This document shows positions 57,509 through 57,903 of a stretch of 57,903 nucleotides of DNA, piece by piece. The notes beneath the pieces are model-generated. The model was not told the DNA's origin. It ran no database searches and saw nothing but the letters and a program-made list of their open reading frames with translations. The position numbers and the translations under genes were made by a program. Source of the stretch: Levilinea sp. (GTDB taxonomy: Bacteria > Chloroflexota > Anaerolineae > Anaerolineales > Anaerolineaceae); assembly GCA_036751735.1 (NCBI GenBank), contig DAIOUB010000002.1, positions 21,938 to 79,840 of the forward strand. Reading direction: 5' to 3'. The stretch's first letter is position 1. Every line of letters starts with the position of its first letter.

Positions 57509-57903
57509 CGGCCCTGCGCCAACGAGAACACCCCAACCAACACCCCAATCGCTGCCAGACTGACAATGATCAACCCCATCGGGATGCCGCCCACCGTCCC
57601 ATTCCCAGGACTGTTGTCCTGAAAGGTCGGAATGGCCAGCGGCGGGGGCGCGGTGAAGGTCGGCAGCCGCGTGACTTCTGCCGTCACCACGAACTGCGCC
57701 GCCAGTGTCGGGTCAATCGTGATGGTTGCGATCGGCGTGGGGGTTGGCGGCGGCTCAATGATTGGCAGACTCCCCGGTGAAAGGTCCACCAGCGGGGAAT
57801 ACACCCAGGCCAACCCGCCGGGGATGCCGGGATATTCAATCAAAATCCAATCCCCGCCTGCCGACCGCCCCTTGGCGTTGGCCACCTGACCCGCCAACAA
57901 CAC
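57505..57903 (-). CDS. C-terminal part of a surface protein (SH3-like segment, Pro/Thr linker, C-terminal TM); 5' end outside window
   Basis: GR....W..I........WV SH3-like pattern, PPPTPTP linker, terminal hydrophobic helix. Confidence 0.7.
   Translation of the reverse strand: MLLAGQVANAKGRSAGGDWILIEYPGIPGGLAWVYSPLVDLSPGSLPIIEPPPTPTPIATITIDPTLAAQFVVTAEVTRLPTFTAPPPLAIPTFQDNSPGNGTVGGIPMGLIIVSLAAIGVLVGVFSLAQGR

Noticed and set aside
1..57903. CRISPR arrays, IS elements, prophage or integrase genes
   Set aside because: No regularly spaced repeats, transposase, integrase or phage proteins were seen; intergenic gaps are too short to hide them.

Overview
Gene-dense chromosomal window with no mobile element, prophage or CRISPR array. 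Gene content and style suggest an anaerobic Chloroflexota (Anaerolineae-like) bacterium; this is an inference. The left 13.9 kb is one minus-strand operon of purine-catabolism type. It holds two (2Fe-2S)-molybdopterin fusion hydroxylases, three FAD subunits (one cut by the window edge), XdhC and SsnA, with an F420 cassette (npdG, cofE, a 2H-phosphoesterase, cofC, an LLM oxidoreductase) between ssnA and the ygfM/xdhD-like pair. A near-consensus sigma70 promoter precedes a ~100-nt leader that folds into a four-way junction. This F420-coupled purine/urate locus is the best candidate for an undescribed system. The rest is mostly housekeeping: the comEA-yqeY-HD-ybeY-dgkA-nfo cluster, xth, response regulators, LysM/M23, tRNA-Arg(TCT), tpx-hsp20-lon-mogA, moxR/DUF58, yggU/T/S-pgeF, ccdA-tlpA, an L,D-transpeptidase, hutH and smpB. 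Also notable are a tandem-duplicated pair of GT-C-like membrane genes, a membrane-anchored NACHT-HEAT protein, a hypothetical protein with RNA polymerase delta-like winged-helix motifs, and several apparently leaderless genes. All calls come from motif recognition by eye; no searches were run.
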